A stretch of 63,977 bases of DNA, counting the filler, from Intoshia linei (lineage: Eukaryota > Animalia > Orthonectida): the NCBI GenBank assembly GCA_001642005.1. It is 12 parts of 12 records of this genome, joined end to end, with 100 filler letters (N's around TTAATTAATTAA, not from the genome) between each part and the next. Parts side by side here need not be neighbours in the genome. Positions count along the whole stretch, not along the records: positions 1 to 16,889 come from LWCA01000832.1; 11 more parts are not named here. One strand, 5' to 3'. Each line of letters starts with the position of its first letter. Positions within the stretch are counted from its first letter, which is position 1. Below are positions 1-11,500 of the stretch, piece after piece. Below the pieces are notes generated by a model, which was not told the DNA's origin, did not search any database, and was given only the letters and a program-made list of their open reading frames with translations. The position numbers and the translations under genes were made by a program.

Positions 1-520
1 TTGTTCCCATACATTTAATATTTGTTTGGTTAGCCGCTTTGATGATTTGGGAATTTGGTTTTAATTTTGATTTAATTGTATTATAAGTTTTTAGACTCAG
101 ACAGTTTATAGTTGATCCTGTATCAATTAAAAAGTGTATATTGTTTAATGTGGTAAATATACTTGATTGTAAATTTTTTGTATTGACATGGCCGATCTGG
201 TGGTATGGACTTGAGTGATGGGTGGTTTTAAAAAAATTATTTAATTGAGATGTTTTGGAAAAGTTAACTTTAAATATAGCAGTGTCAATAATACAATCGT
301 TTTTAGTAAAATATCTGAATGCATTTTGGGCATCTTCGTAATTGTAATATTTAATAAAAACATACGATTTTCCTGATAGTATTCTAATCGATTGTATAGG
401 ACCAAAAATGCCGAATTCATTAATTAGATGTTGATATCCTATTACTTCTGTATCTTCATCGGAATTCATTCCTGAAATGTATATGCAGTTGTTTTCGTTT
501 TTATTTATTAGTTTATCCAT
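1..520 (-). CDS. Intronless RRM + retropepsin (A2-type aspartic protease) fusion ORF; runs off the window's left edge
   Basis: Manual translation from ATG 520 has no stop to base 1: MDKLINKNENNCIYISGM...EFGIFGPIQSIRILSGKSYVFIKYYNYEDAQNAF...FKVNFSK (RNP2 CIYISGM, RNP1 KSYVFIKY), then SIFTTLNNIHFLIDTGSTINCL...IIKAANQTNIKCMGT (DTG catalytic motif). In-frame TAA about 60 nt upstream of the ATG. Confidence 0.85.
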   Translation of the reverse strand, partial: MDKLINKNENNCIYISGMNSDEDTEVIGYQHLINEFGIFGPIQSIRILSGKSYVFIKYYNYEDAQNAFRYFTKNDCIIDTAIFKVNFSKTSQLNNFFKTTHHSSPYHQIGHVNTKNLQSSIFTTLNNIHFLIDTGSTINCLSLKTYNTIKSKLKPNSQIIKAANQTNIKCMGT

Positions 521-1029
521 TTTTTTTTGTAAATTAAAATAGTAGTGTAGAACGAGTTTATACGTGAAAGTTGTATTTTAATTCAAGTGATTTAACACGA
601 TAATGAATGTAAATAAACTTAATTTTGTGGTTACATTATACTCTATATAATTGGTTTATAATTTTTGGGTTTAGTGTTTCTTTTTATTTTACCAAAAAAT
701 ATTTGCCACATGCAGTACGTTGTCGCCTTGCATATTGGATTAGTCACTAATAACATCAATAAATAAATAAATAACGTCAAGTTTTACAAAGCTGACTATT
801 CATGAGTTGAATCTAATTTTGATTGAATGGCGTAATTAATTTGATGTAGAGCCACTCAACTTTAACTTTAAACATCGTACGTCAAATCAATTATTAATTG
901 ATATTTTAATTGATTGCTTAAGATGATTATTAAAAAATTTTCCTAGTTTTCATATATGAGAAAATTTTTATGGTATTAAAAAACAGAAAATTAATTGTTA
1001 TTGTTATATTTGTTATGATATTGTATTAG

Positions 1030-1281
1030 TGAAGATGATACTATTGGAGAATTGAAAATTTTAATAGCTGCACAAACTGGTACAAGAAGTGATAAAATAA
1101 TTCTTAAAAAATGGTAAATTGAATGTTTTTATTATTTATAATATTTAGGTATATTGTATATAAGGATCATATTAAACTTTGTGATTGTAAGTCATATTTT
1201 TATCATACATTTATTTATTTAATTTATCTAATTAATATAGATGAAATTCACGACGGATTTAATTTTGAATTATATTATTAG
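1030..1281 (+). CDS. UBL5: Ubiquitin-like protein 5 / Hub1, last three coding exons (1030-1113, 1149-1186, 1241-1281)
   Basis: Spliced peptide [28 protein letters not shown]|[12 protein letters not shown]|[13 protein letters not shown] matches Hub1/UBL5, including the C-terminal di-tyrosine. GT-AG introns of 35 and 54 nt. The N-terminal exon (NDRLGKKVRVKC-like) was not found in 1-1029. Confidence 0.93.
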
Positions 1282-1376
1282 TTTCTAATAAAATTGTATA
1301 TGAAATTTTCCTCAAATGGAACAATAAATTGTTTTATTTTTTGTTGCTAGTGTTTATAAATATAACAAATCCTTAT

Positions 1377-4300
1377 ATGGGGAACCGTTTAGACACCATG
1401 GTCAGTGACGGTTTGAAAGACCAGGCAGCAGGAACAGCTAACGAATTGTATAAATACATAGATTTACAAGGTGGCGGTGAATTGGTAAGTCTTGTTAAGG
1501 AAGGTATAAAAACCAATTCATTTGATGAACTCCAATCTCACATTTATATTAAATTGCTTCCCTTTTTAGAAAATCAAGGTCCGTCATAAAATGCTAACAT
1601 ACCATTTATATAGGTAAAGGGAGATTTATAAATGTGAACGATCTAATTTCCATCCGTACAAACAATGCCGCGTATCTCAAAAAAAGCAAAGATATACACA
1701 TTGATTTGATGGATGGTGACTACGTAAATAATAAAAAATATAGATACGTCGTTTGGCGTATTGATAAGAGAGGAGCAGTTGGTGAAACTGCGCTCCATGT
1801 TTGTTTATTGAATGCTACTGCAATTCATTCCGTTCTCGCTAAACATTTATTGATAGTTTTTCCTAATTTAATCAATGACATTTACATCAGCGACGAATAT
1901 TATGGTATTTTTTAAGATTAATTACATGTTTTATTTAATTGTATTGTTATATGTTTTACAGTGTTGACGAAAATTTTTACAAAAATTTATTTAGCACTGC
2001 AATTTGTTAATATTTTCATAGTGGTACCCAGTGTCGACTCTAATATATTTGACTTATAGACGAAAATATATTTCATTTGAGTGTTCTTCCAATGGTAAAT
2101 CACTACTAGTGTTTTAATGTTTTTAAATGTATTTTGTCTTATCTGTTTCTGTGAAAGTTATGAGTAAATTTTTGATATTAAAAAAAATATAAATATAGGA
2201 GAAAATGCATTACACATGGCGATTGTAAATGAGGAAATTGATATGGTCAAATTTTTATTAAGTATGGGAGCTGACATAGAAGAACAAGCATGTGGTAATC
2301 ATTCACATTAAAAGTATTTTAATACATTAAGGAAAATTTTTCTTGCCTTTGGATCAAAATATTAACAGGAAAAATATATTTGACCAAGAGGAATATGAAT
2401 TACCTCTTAAAACAGATTATAAGGGGTATTTATTAAATTACGTATATACATTTGGTTGTTTTCTTTAATTAACAAGACTTTCGGAACAACTGTTTTAGAG
2501 GAAGTAGGAACATAAATCTAATCACTCAAATGTCTAATTTATTAATTTTCATTATTATTAAGGTATATTTGGCCATTAATCTTATAATCATTTCATAATT
2601 ATAGAAGCTGTGAAATGTATAATATAAATTAATATATAATTTTTTATGTATAGTTACACCTATTGGGGAGGTAGACCCTTAGGATTTGCTGCGTGTTTGA
2701 AACAAGAGGAGTGTACCAGAGTCTTAATTGCAAGGTTTCAATGTTATATATAATAAAATATGTCATAATATGTATTATAATTATATATAGTGAATTGTAC
2801 ATTGTATTATAATTATTTCTAAAGAAACATTATACACTCATGAACATATGAAAATTGACATTGTCACCATAATTATAATAACTGATTATTTTAATTTTAT
2901 TATAGTTGTGCGAATCAAAAATGTTTAAGTTTCGTAGTTAGAGATATACTTTTCAATAATGCATTCTCGGGTTGATAAAAGAAAATATTTTATGAGATTT
3001 TTAATAAAATAAAGGAAAATATTTTTTTGTCAAATTTTTTATTAAAAACACGGTAATAACTTTAATCAAACTTGACAACCTCGGATATATGCATAATATA
3101 CGGCTACTCAAGGGTCATAAATTTTATTGATGATTATTATATTAGCATTATATAATTATACTGAAATTTCATTTATAGTATATATGTACCATGAGATAAA
3201 AAAGGTTGAAAACGTCTGAATCAGATTTTATGTCCTTTTTTAAAATTTAGTTTTTATTTGATCTATTTAGAGGAGCCAATTTAAATGCTCAAGACATAAA
3301 TGGAAATACCATTTTACACATTATGGTGATACAAGAAAACATTGTAATTCGAAGGAATATTACATTGAATACAATTTATTTAGGAAATGTTAGATTTGTT
3401 TATCTTTAAGGGAGCCAAAACGGATATAAAAAACAAGGTAGGGTTAACCCCATTATCTATGGCGATGGAATTGGGCAAGGTTGATGTAATTTAAGTTTTT
3501 ATAACTAAATATCAGTTGGTTTTAGATTTATCTTCATTTATTGGTAAAGAAGAGAGTAATTTGTTGGATGTATGGAAATGTTACATGTGCAGCTTACGAA
3601 ATAGGAGAAATTGATACAATCGGGTATGACGGAGAAATCAATCAAAATTCATCGATATATAGGATGGTTATGGGGGTATATCCTAACTTATATAATTAAT
3701 GTTGTTTAACTATGATTCAATATTTTTTTCTTAAAAATTAAAATACTTGTCACAAAAACATTATTTCAATGTCATTATGACATAGTTTCCTTTTGTAAAC
3801 CTTGTTCCTCGTTAAAATCATGTTTAATTATGTCTTTTAATATCCACTCATTTCCCTTGAAATTTTCTCTTTTAAGTTATCTGAGTCAGCCACTTGGAGC
3901 AAATTATTAAAATGTTTATTAATTTCTATATTAATTTTAATATGTATGGTTAATATTTATTTTTATAAGATTAAAATATTCCTATTAGGATAGTATGGAG
4001 CAACTGAAAATGATTGAAGGTGTTATAAAACAACTTTTAACAGAAAAATGGAAGACATTTGTGAAACAGCGGTATGTATATTACACATTGTATACCATCT
4101 ATTATAATATCTATATGTATATTATAAATGAGGATTATATTAATTATTTTATAGATTTTTTAAGAGACTAATATTGTTCATAATGTATTTCATATGCTTT
4201 TGCACGGCCTTTTATCTCAGACCAACCTTTATTAATATAAATTACACGCTACAAAGTAATTCCACATCTGTGCCTTTGAATGAATGTTATTTATTGGACA

Positions 4301-7300
4301 CTAATACTACAGAAAACATAGTAATCACGTAAAACTATATTTTATGACAATATTAACATGCATCGTCAAAATATGAAATAAAATTTGGATGGTTATCATT
4401 TTTGAGAAACCAAAACAAACCCAAAAAATTTTAAGTTTTACCAACACTATAATCAGACATTAGATCCAATAAATATTATCGAGTACTATATAGATATTAT
4501 AGATAAAAATATTAAACAATAAAAATATGAATAAGAAAAGCTATTTTATGAAAAAATCTGGATTAGTTGATGTCGCATACCATAGTTGTCAACGCTACCA
4601 TATGTGGAACATTATATTTTTATTTTGGATTGTTTTTCGTAAGGTTTGGTGAAATCGAGTTTTTCAAAAAAATATCAGTAAAAGTCGATTTTTCACTAAG
4701 GACTATTTCATGGTATTTTTTATTATAAATTGTAATAATGGTGGGATTTTTGATATAGTAATGTAGAGATCGTCTGGGCCAGTGATGGCAAAAATATGAC
4801 ACGCGTGTCACTAGTGACACTCACAGGGATTCTCCGTATCACTCTGGTAAAAAGCTTATTTCTATATTTTAATATGTGGTGGAAAAATTAACTCAAAAGT
4901 GTGTAATAATAGAAAAGTATACATACCCAAAATTATTCATTATTTAAAAGTGGTACACAAATAAAAATAAGTTTTTGACACGCCAATTGAAAAGTCTTGC
5001 CACCACTGGTATAGAATCCTAACATCTGACAACTCTGTTAAGTGTTCCATTTATGCTAAACGACAATAATTAATTATTGTTCCATTAAATGTTATTTTTA
5101 TTTTGTGGTTTGCCGAAACTGACTTGTCTGAGAAACTCTGTTTAATCACAAAATACGTCCAATGTATATTACGCCTGGTAACTTTTTGGTTTGCGGTAAT
5201 AACTAGACATAATTTGCATAAAAGATTCGATACGCCATTTTAGTTCAAAAAAGTTGCAGATCGTTAAAAATATACTATTACCTAATATTTTACGTGGTTG
5301 ATCAACATAGAAAGATTTAACAATATTGACATGCACCATAAATTTAATAATATAAACAAATTTTTTAACAAATACATAAACAAGATTTTCTATAATTATA
5401 ATTACTTTTTATTGATGCTCGAGCATATTTAATTATATGAACTAGATTCGTCTAACTTTGGAAGCAGTAGTGGTTTTAGGAACTATCATATATGTTGGCA
5501 TGCTATTACGCAGCATTAGAAACCAGGGATTTGTGATTTTTAAAAACTCAATGGTATATCAAATAATAATATATTTAATATAATAATAATATATAGGTTT
5601 TGGCGCCATCTCAATTTATGTTTCACATATCGAACATTTTTATAATTGTAGCAATTCCTTTTAGAGCAGCTTGTATTTACTACGTCGGTAATGAATATTG
5701 TATTATGATTGATTACATTTAGAGGACGAATTAGTAATTTTTGCAATGTTGACAGTAGCACCATATTTTTTGTTTTTTTGTCGGTATATTTGGATTTATA
5801 ACGTATACTAGTTTATTTAGAGGCTTTCGTATTCTAGGACCTTTCGTTATTATGATATACAGAATGATTAAAACTGACCTTTTCAGATTTTTTGTAATAT
5901 ACTGTATATTTTGTGTCGGGTTTTCTCAAGGTATTTTGCTGTTTTAATTTAAATCAAATAATGTATAGCTTTGTATATCAATTTTCGAAATCACGATAGT
6001 GGTTCATTTTCTACTGTACAAAATTCTGTTTTAGCTACATATGTATTATCTCTTGGAGAATTTGGAGATATATATCCACAGGTCTCTATAAAATAATTAA
6101 CGTTTACATTTTAACTTAGTTTGAAGCAAACAGGTGGTCAGCTATACCAAAGGTAGAATTTAATATGCTTCAAAATAATAAATATAGGTGTTATTTATCC
6201 TATATATGATTTTGGTCACATTGGTTCTCATAAATTTACTGATTGCAATGATGGCGAATACGTATTTAATCGTAAGTCAATCGGATAAAGAGTGGATAAG
6301 ACAAGTAATTCTTCATTTTATACATAATTTCGTTTAGTGGGCCAGCATAATCCTGATAATAGAACAAAGTATATCCGATTTAAACAGAAAGGTAAAAAAT
6401 ATTATGATATTAACAATTTAAATTAGCGAAATCAAATTATTTATACTACTCCAATGGATAGTAATAAACGTGGATTGGTTATGCGATGGTATCAATCAGT
6501 AATTATTATTTCTTCTTTAATGATGTTCAACTTTTAAATTATATCAAATTACACTACGTTATATGTATGTTAATACGTATAACCCAAGAAGTATACATCA
6601 GTCATTCACAAATAATTTGTAGTTCTTTATAAGAATTCTTATAACGTAGCGCTTAGACTAGCCTTAGTAAAATATTGAAATCATTGTGTTTAATTTAAAA
6701 ATACATTTAAGTTGGTCCACTGTGTGGATTCCACACAAGAGATAGGAAAGTCTTTAGCATGAGAATGTCGCAGTTTCCAATAGTTTCATTTTAAAAAATG
6801 GCAAATGAATATTAAACATGTACTCTAAATTGAATTCATACAACTATTTTGTTACCCTAATTAACAGACAGTATTGAAATTAGTTGATGGTGTTTAACTG
6901 TAATTATTTAAATTAATTAAAAATAAATTAGCTAAAAAACAATTGAAAATTAACATGAATATAATAAAATTTTGAAATTGTTAACAAAGATACGCCACCG
7001 TTTGAAAAATTATTTTGTAATTGATTGAAAGTGCAGAATGTCATAACAGACTATTTAAAATGAAGCAATTTCGATTAAATAAATTTCCCATCCCTTTTTG
7101 GGAACAGGTATCTCCACCTTTTTAATCAAAGGTGTTGTGGTAACTACACATCTTCTAATTAGTTGAAGGCAACCGTGTAATTGATTTTAAAATATTTTCA
7201 CGTGACGAGTGAAAGCTTTGAAACAATGTAAATTGTATCAGAATAAGTTGGTTTAGGATTTAAAGCGGAAATTTTAATAAAAATAACATTGTGTCATGTT

Positions 7301-7513
7301 CAGATGAACCTCGGCCAGATCAAAAGAAACAATTTCGCTTGATTTTAGATAACACAATAAGGATACATGATCTGAATTAAATTGCGTAAATTTTAGAACA
7401 CTGAACAAGAAATACTACGACAAGAAAAACTAAAAAATTTTCAGTCCCACAAAGTCATGATTCAAACAAAAAAATACAGTATTGTGTCAGTTGGTTCTAA
7501 AGGAAACGTATAA
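1377..7513 (+). CDS. nan: TRPV channel of the Nanchung/OCR clade (multi-exon; ankyrin repeats + 6TM)
   Basis: Begins [32 protein letters not shown]. Contains [79 protein letters not shown], pore [24 protein letters not shown] and EWIRQWASIIL. The last exon (7397-7513) is less certain. Confidence 0.93.
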
Positions 7514-7579
7514 AACGAACTTTGTCACCGTTACTAATAAATTTAATTTGTTTGACTATTTCCATTATTTTTAATTTAA

Positions 7580-8498
7580 ATGACTTATTCATGGTCAGAT
7601 TATAGACAACAAACACGATCATTAGAAACCAAGGTTGAAAGCCAACTTAACGTTCTCAGTCAATTAAGTAACTATTTTAGCAATGCGTACATTTCTAGTA
7701 GGTTTGTTAAATGTAATATTGTATTACGTGACACATTAGAAACAATGAAATAGACGTCGATGAAAATGAAAAATACAAAAAATCGTATCTAGAATGCTGT
7801 AACAAAATCGACAATCTTCTTTATGATGTACCTTGATATATATTAAAATTGATAAATTTTAGCTAACACACCTAATAAACAAAATGCAAGATGGAATTTT
7901 GAATGATCCCAAAGATCACAACATCAGTGGATCACTACAAAGACATACCGAAATACTACAGGATTACGAGAATGAATATAATCGTACAAAAAATAATATT
8001 ACAAAAAACTTAAACAGGTTGCAAACTTTATCCAGTGCACTTTCTAGAAACTTCATGTAATGCATATCAGCAATTATTTATAAAATATATTAGACTCAAG
8101 GAGATGAATGACGAAAAAGCTTTACTACTAACAGAAAATGAAATGATTCAAAAGTAAAAAATCCATAGATAATAGTATAATTTAGTTCTCAAAAAATGGT
8201 TGAAAATCACATAAGGTAAGCAATAACAATGAGTCATGTTATAAAACCAAAAATTTAGCATTGCAATCGCATCCAGAGAAAACTTGCGTAGTCAAACTAA
8301 CAATTTAAATCGTATAGAAGACACAATAGGACGAATAAATCGTAACTTAAATAATTTTTTATATACATTTTAGTCAATTCTCCCCGACTCCAAAGCATGC
8401 TAAGGATGATTTATACCAAAAAAAGAAAAAATACAATTATTTTGGCCAGCATCATTGTGATATGTATAATTTTTCTGATACTTTACGCCACACATTAA
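7580..8498 (+). CDS. GOSR1: Golgi SNARE GS28/Gos1 (multi-exon)
   Basis: MTYSWSDYRQQTRSLETKVESQL; LQRHTEILQDYENEYNRTKNN; C-terminal KKRKNTIILASIIVICIIFLILYATH* tail anchor, matching GOSR1. Confidence 0.9.
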
Positions 8499-8549
8499 AA
8501 CATGTACAAACTAAATTTATATTTACAATAAAATTAAAACAATTTCATG

Positions 8550-11500
8550 TTAACTAGATTTTACAATAAGTATTAAATGGTACGAAAATGGATCCAATAG
8601 ATCACATTTGTTGAAGTATTTCGTTAACGTTTCATTAATTTGATTAGTTTGAGGGAACATATACAATTCAACATTCTATATAAAGATTAATAGAAAAATA
8701 TTGTTAAATTACATTTTCCAAATTTAATGTGACTAGACCTGCAGAGTTTTTACTGCTTAAATATGAGGTCAGGTGTTGTTTAATATGCATATTTTGCAAA
8801 GCTACTTGCCGGATATTTTTTCCAGATGGCATAGCTAATAGCATTGTATATTCATTTTCATCCTAAAGTATATGTAAATTTTACACCAAATAGATAATTA
8901 CTTTTAATTTAGCTTCGATTGAATGGTATTGATCATTATTAAGTTTCATTCGTTGGGTAATTTTGAAAATTTTGTTTTCAGTCTCATCCTCTTTTAGTTT
9001 TGGTAAGAATTTTTTTAAAATATTGGTGTTTCCGCTAATGTAATGCATTTGAAAAACAAATAACCATGATTTAAGTTGAAAAATGCCTTTCCAAACAAAT
9101 TGATACGGCTAAAAAGAAATTGATACAATTTAAATTATTTTTACCGATATAATTTTGTTAATTTTGAAAACTTGTTCGCAAAATGTTTTTTCAGTGATTT
9201 CATTAAATACATTTGATAAATTGCATGTGCACAAACGCCCATACATTGGAATTGTGTCATCAGAAATTATAGATTTTGCCGTTTCATTCAATTTTTGGAG
9301 GTAGTGTGTATTTTTAGATTGAGATTCGGTTAGGTTCCATTTGAGGAAGTCTGGCATGTTATTATAATTAAAATATTCAGAGTCGCAATTCTGATCCTTA
9401 GTGTTAAAATCAACTTTATTATTGAACGGTTTGATGAATTTAGTTTGGTCAACCCCTATTAAATCGGTAAGTGATTTTGAGGTGGATAATTGAGAAAATA
9501 TGAAACTGTTAAACTTTTCACTTTCTAGTAGATCACAACTTTTTGATCGTTCTCTCTGTTCTCTGGAGGATAATGAAACTTGTATGTTAGTATTTAAACT
9601 CTCAGTCAATTTAGTATTATGTATTAAATGGTTGTATTTAACGACATTTGTGAAATTTATAGTGCTCGAGTTTGATGATAAAGTGTTACTGTTATTTAAA
9701 ATCAATACGCCACTATCGTTTTCTTCGTCATTAGTATTTTTTGACGTAATTTGATTTTTTTTATTATCTTTGAATTTATTCTTACCATCCGGTGTCAGTT
9801 TAATAGTGTCGATTTGTGTTACAATTTGCTTTAAATAAATTATAGGTGTACAATCTTCCACTAAAATGTTCGAATTGGAATTTGTTAATGGTAAACTTTT
9901 AGGATTTTCCTCTGCAATTATACTTGTGACTTCTGAAAAATCATCAATATTTTCCAAAATACTAGAATTGAGGGGAAGTGTAAGCAACTTTCTGTCATAT
10001 ATGGGAGATTTTATGCGCTTAAAACTAGAATCACTGTTCAAATCAGTGCAATTTGAGATAGTTTCTGGTTCCGAATGTTCTTCACAAACTGAAACTAAGC
10101 TTTGTTCTTGATTATTTAACTCTGTTTGAAAATTTTCTTTCTCGATATCATATCGATTATTACATACATTTTCCAACGTAGAATCAGATCCATCAGATAC
10201 ATTAATATCTTTCATTTTTTTATTTTGCTCTCTCAGATTTTTAAGTTTATCTAAAGATTTCTCAAATTTATAATCTTTTTGATTTGACTTTACAGATCTC
10301 CGTTTTATACTATCGTACATACAAGTAAATTTTCCATGCTTAACATCATGATTTGCATTATTGTTGTTGAACTTATTATATTTTGAATTTAATTTCTCAT
10401 CGAATTTGCTTTTAAATGCTTTATTTGCATCAGAATTTTGTGGAATTTTATCATCTGAATCATTGCTATCGTCATAATTGATATTTTCGTTTGCGCGCGG
10501 TTTACAAGTACTTTGAAACTTCTCGGCAGTACTTACAGCATATTCTTTATCAATTATAATCTTTTCTTCCTTCAATGAATGTATGATCTCTTTATAACGA
10601 GGATCAAACTCTTTCAAGTACTTATCTCTTACACCACTGAATATATCTATATATTCCAATTTTTTATAAAGACTATGAACTGTGAAACATAGTCCATCCA
10701 CAATTACATTATGTCTATTCATAATTTTTTCATCACCTTTCAAAATTTTGCCATTCAATCCTACATATTTAAAATTCTCAGATCCTCTTTTTTCACTTCG
10801 AAAACTGTTTAACAAGTTTTTTAAATCATTAGCATTGTTACAATTTTGTAATCCCAGCTTGTATTTATTTTTATTTGCACCATTATATTTGAATTCGTTA
10901 TTATTAATATCATGTAAAAAAGAATTTATTTTCACACGCTGATCATTAAATATTGAAAAACGTTCATTAAACGTTTGTGTGAGCTTATCTATATTGGTGT
11001 TCATCACTCTGCATGTATTTTTATCACAATTTTCATTATTTAAAGCTGTTATTGCTTTGTCAAATTGATCTATTTTTTCATGAAAATTAAATTTGTTTAT
11101 ACAATCATCTTCAGATACAGCATTTTTGGGTTTAACCGTACATTCCTTTTCGTTACTGGCTAAGTCATTTTGGCATTGTGATAATGTTTCGACTGATGAT
11201 ACGTCCAAATTGGATTGTAATATTTTGTCATTCATTTTATACTTTACGTCATTATCTGATGATTTACTAATTTCTTTAGATTTTGGTTTGACAGGTTCAA
11301 CATCTTTTGTTTCTAACATTGATAATTCTTTTAATATATCAACCTTTTTTTGTTCTAAAATATCAACCTCAGTTTTTTCTTTATTTGGTTTCGATGATGT
11401 TGATTCAACATCAGTAAGTGGTTTCATGTTTTCAGAATCTGTATTTTTACATGTGTTAGTAATTGGACTGGAAAGTTCAGAGCCCATTTTTTTCAAGTCT

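Noticed and set aside
1329-1376. Hydrophobic N-terminal extension of nan resembling a signal peptide
   Set aside because: Comes from a TTG start in T-rich UTR; homology begins at ATG 1377 (MGN).
4797-4820. Overlapping palindromes GACACGCGTGTC / GTGTCACTAGTGACAC in a nan intron
   Set aside because: Probably a transposon terminus remnant; no partner end identified.
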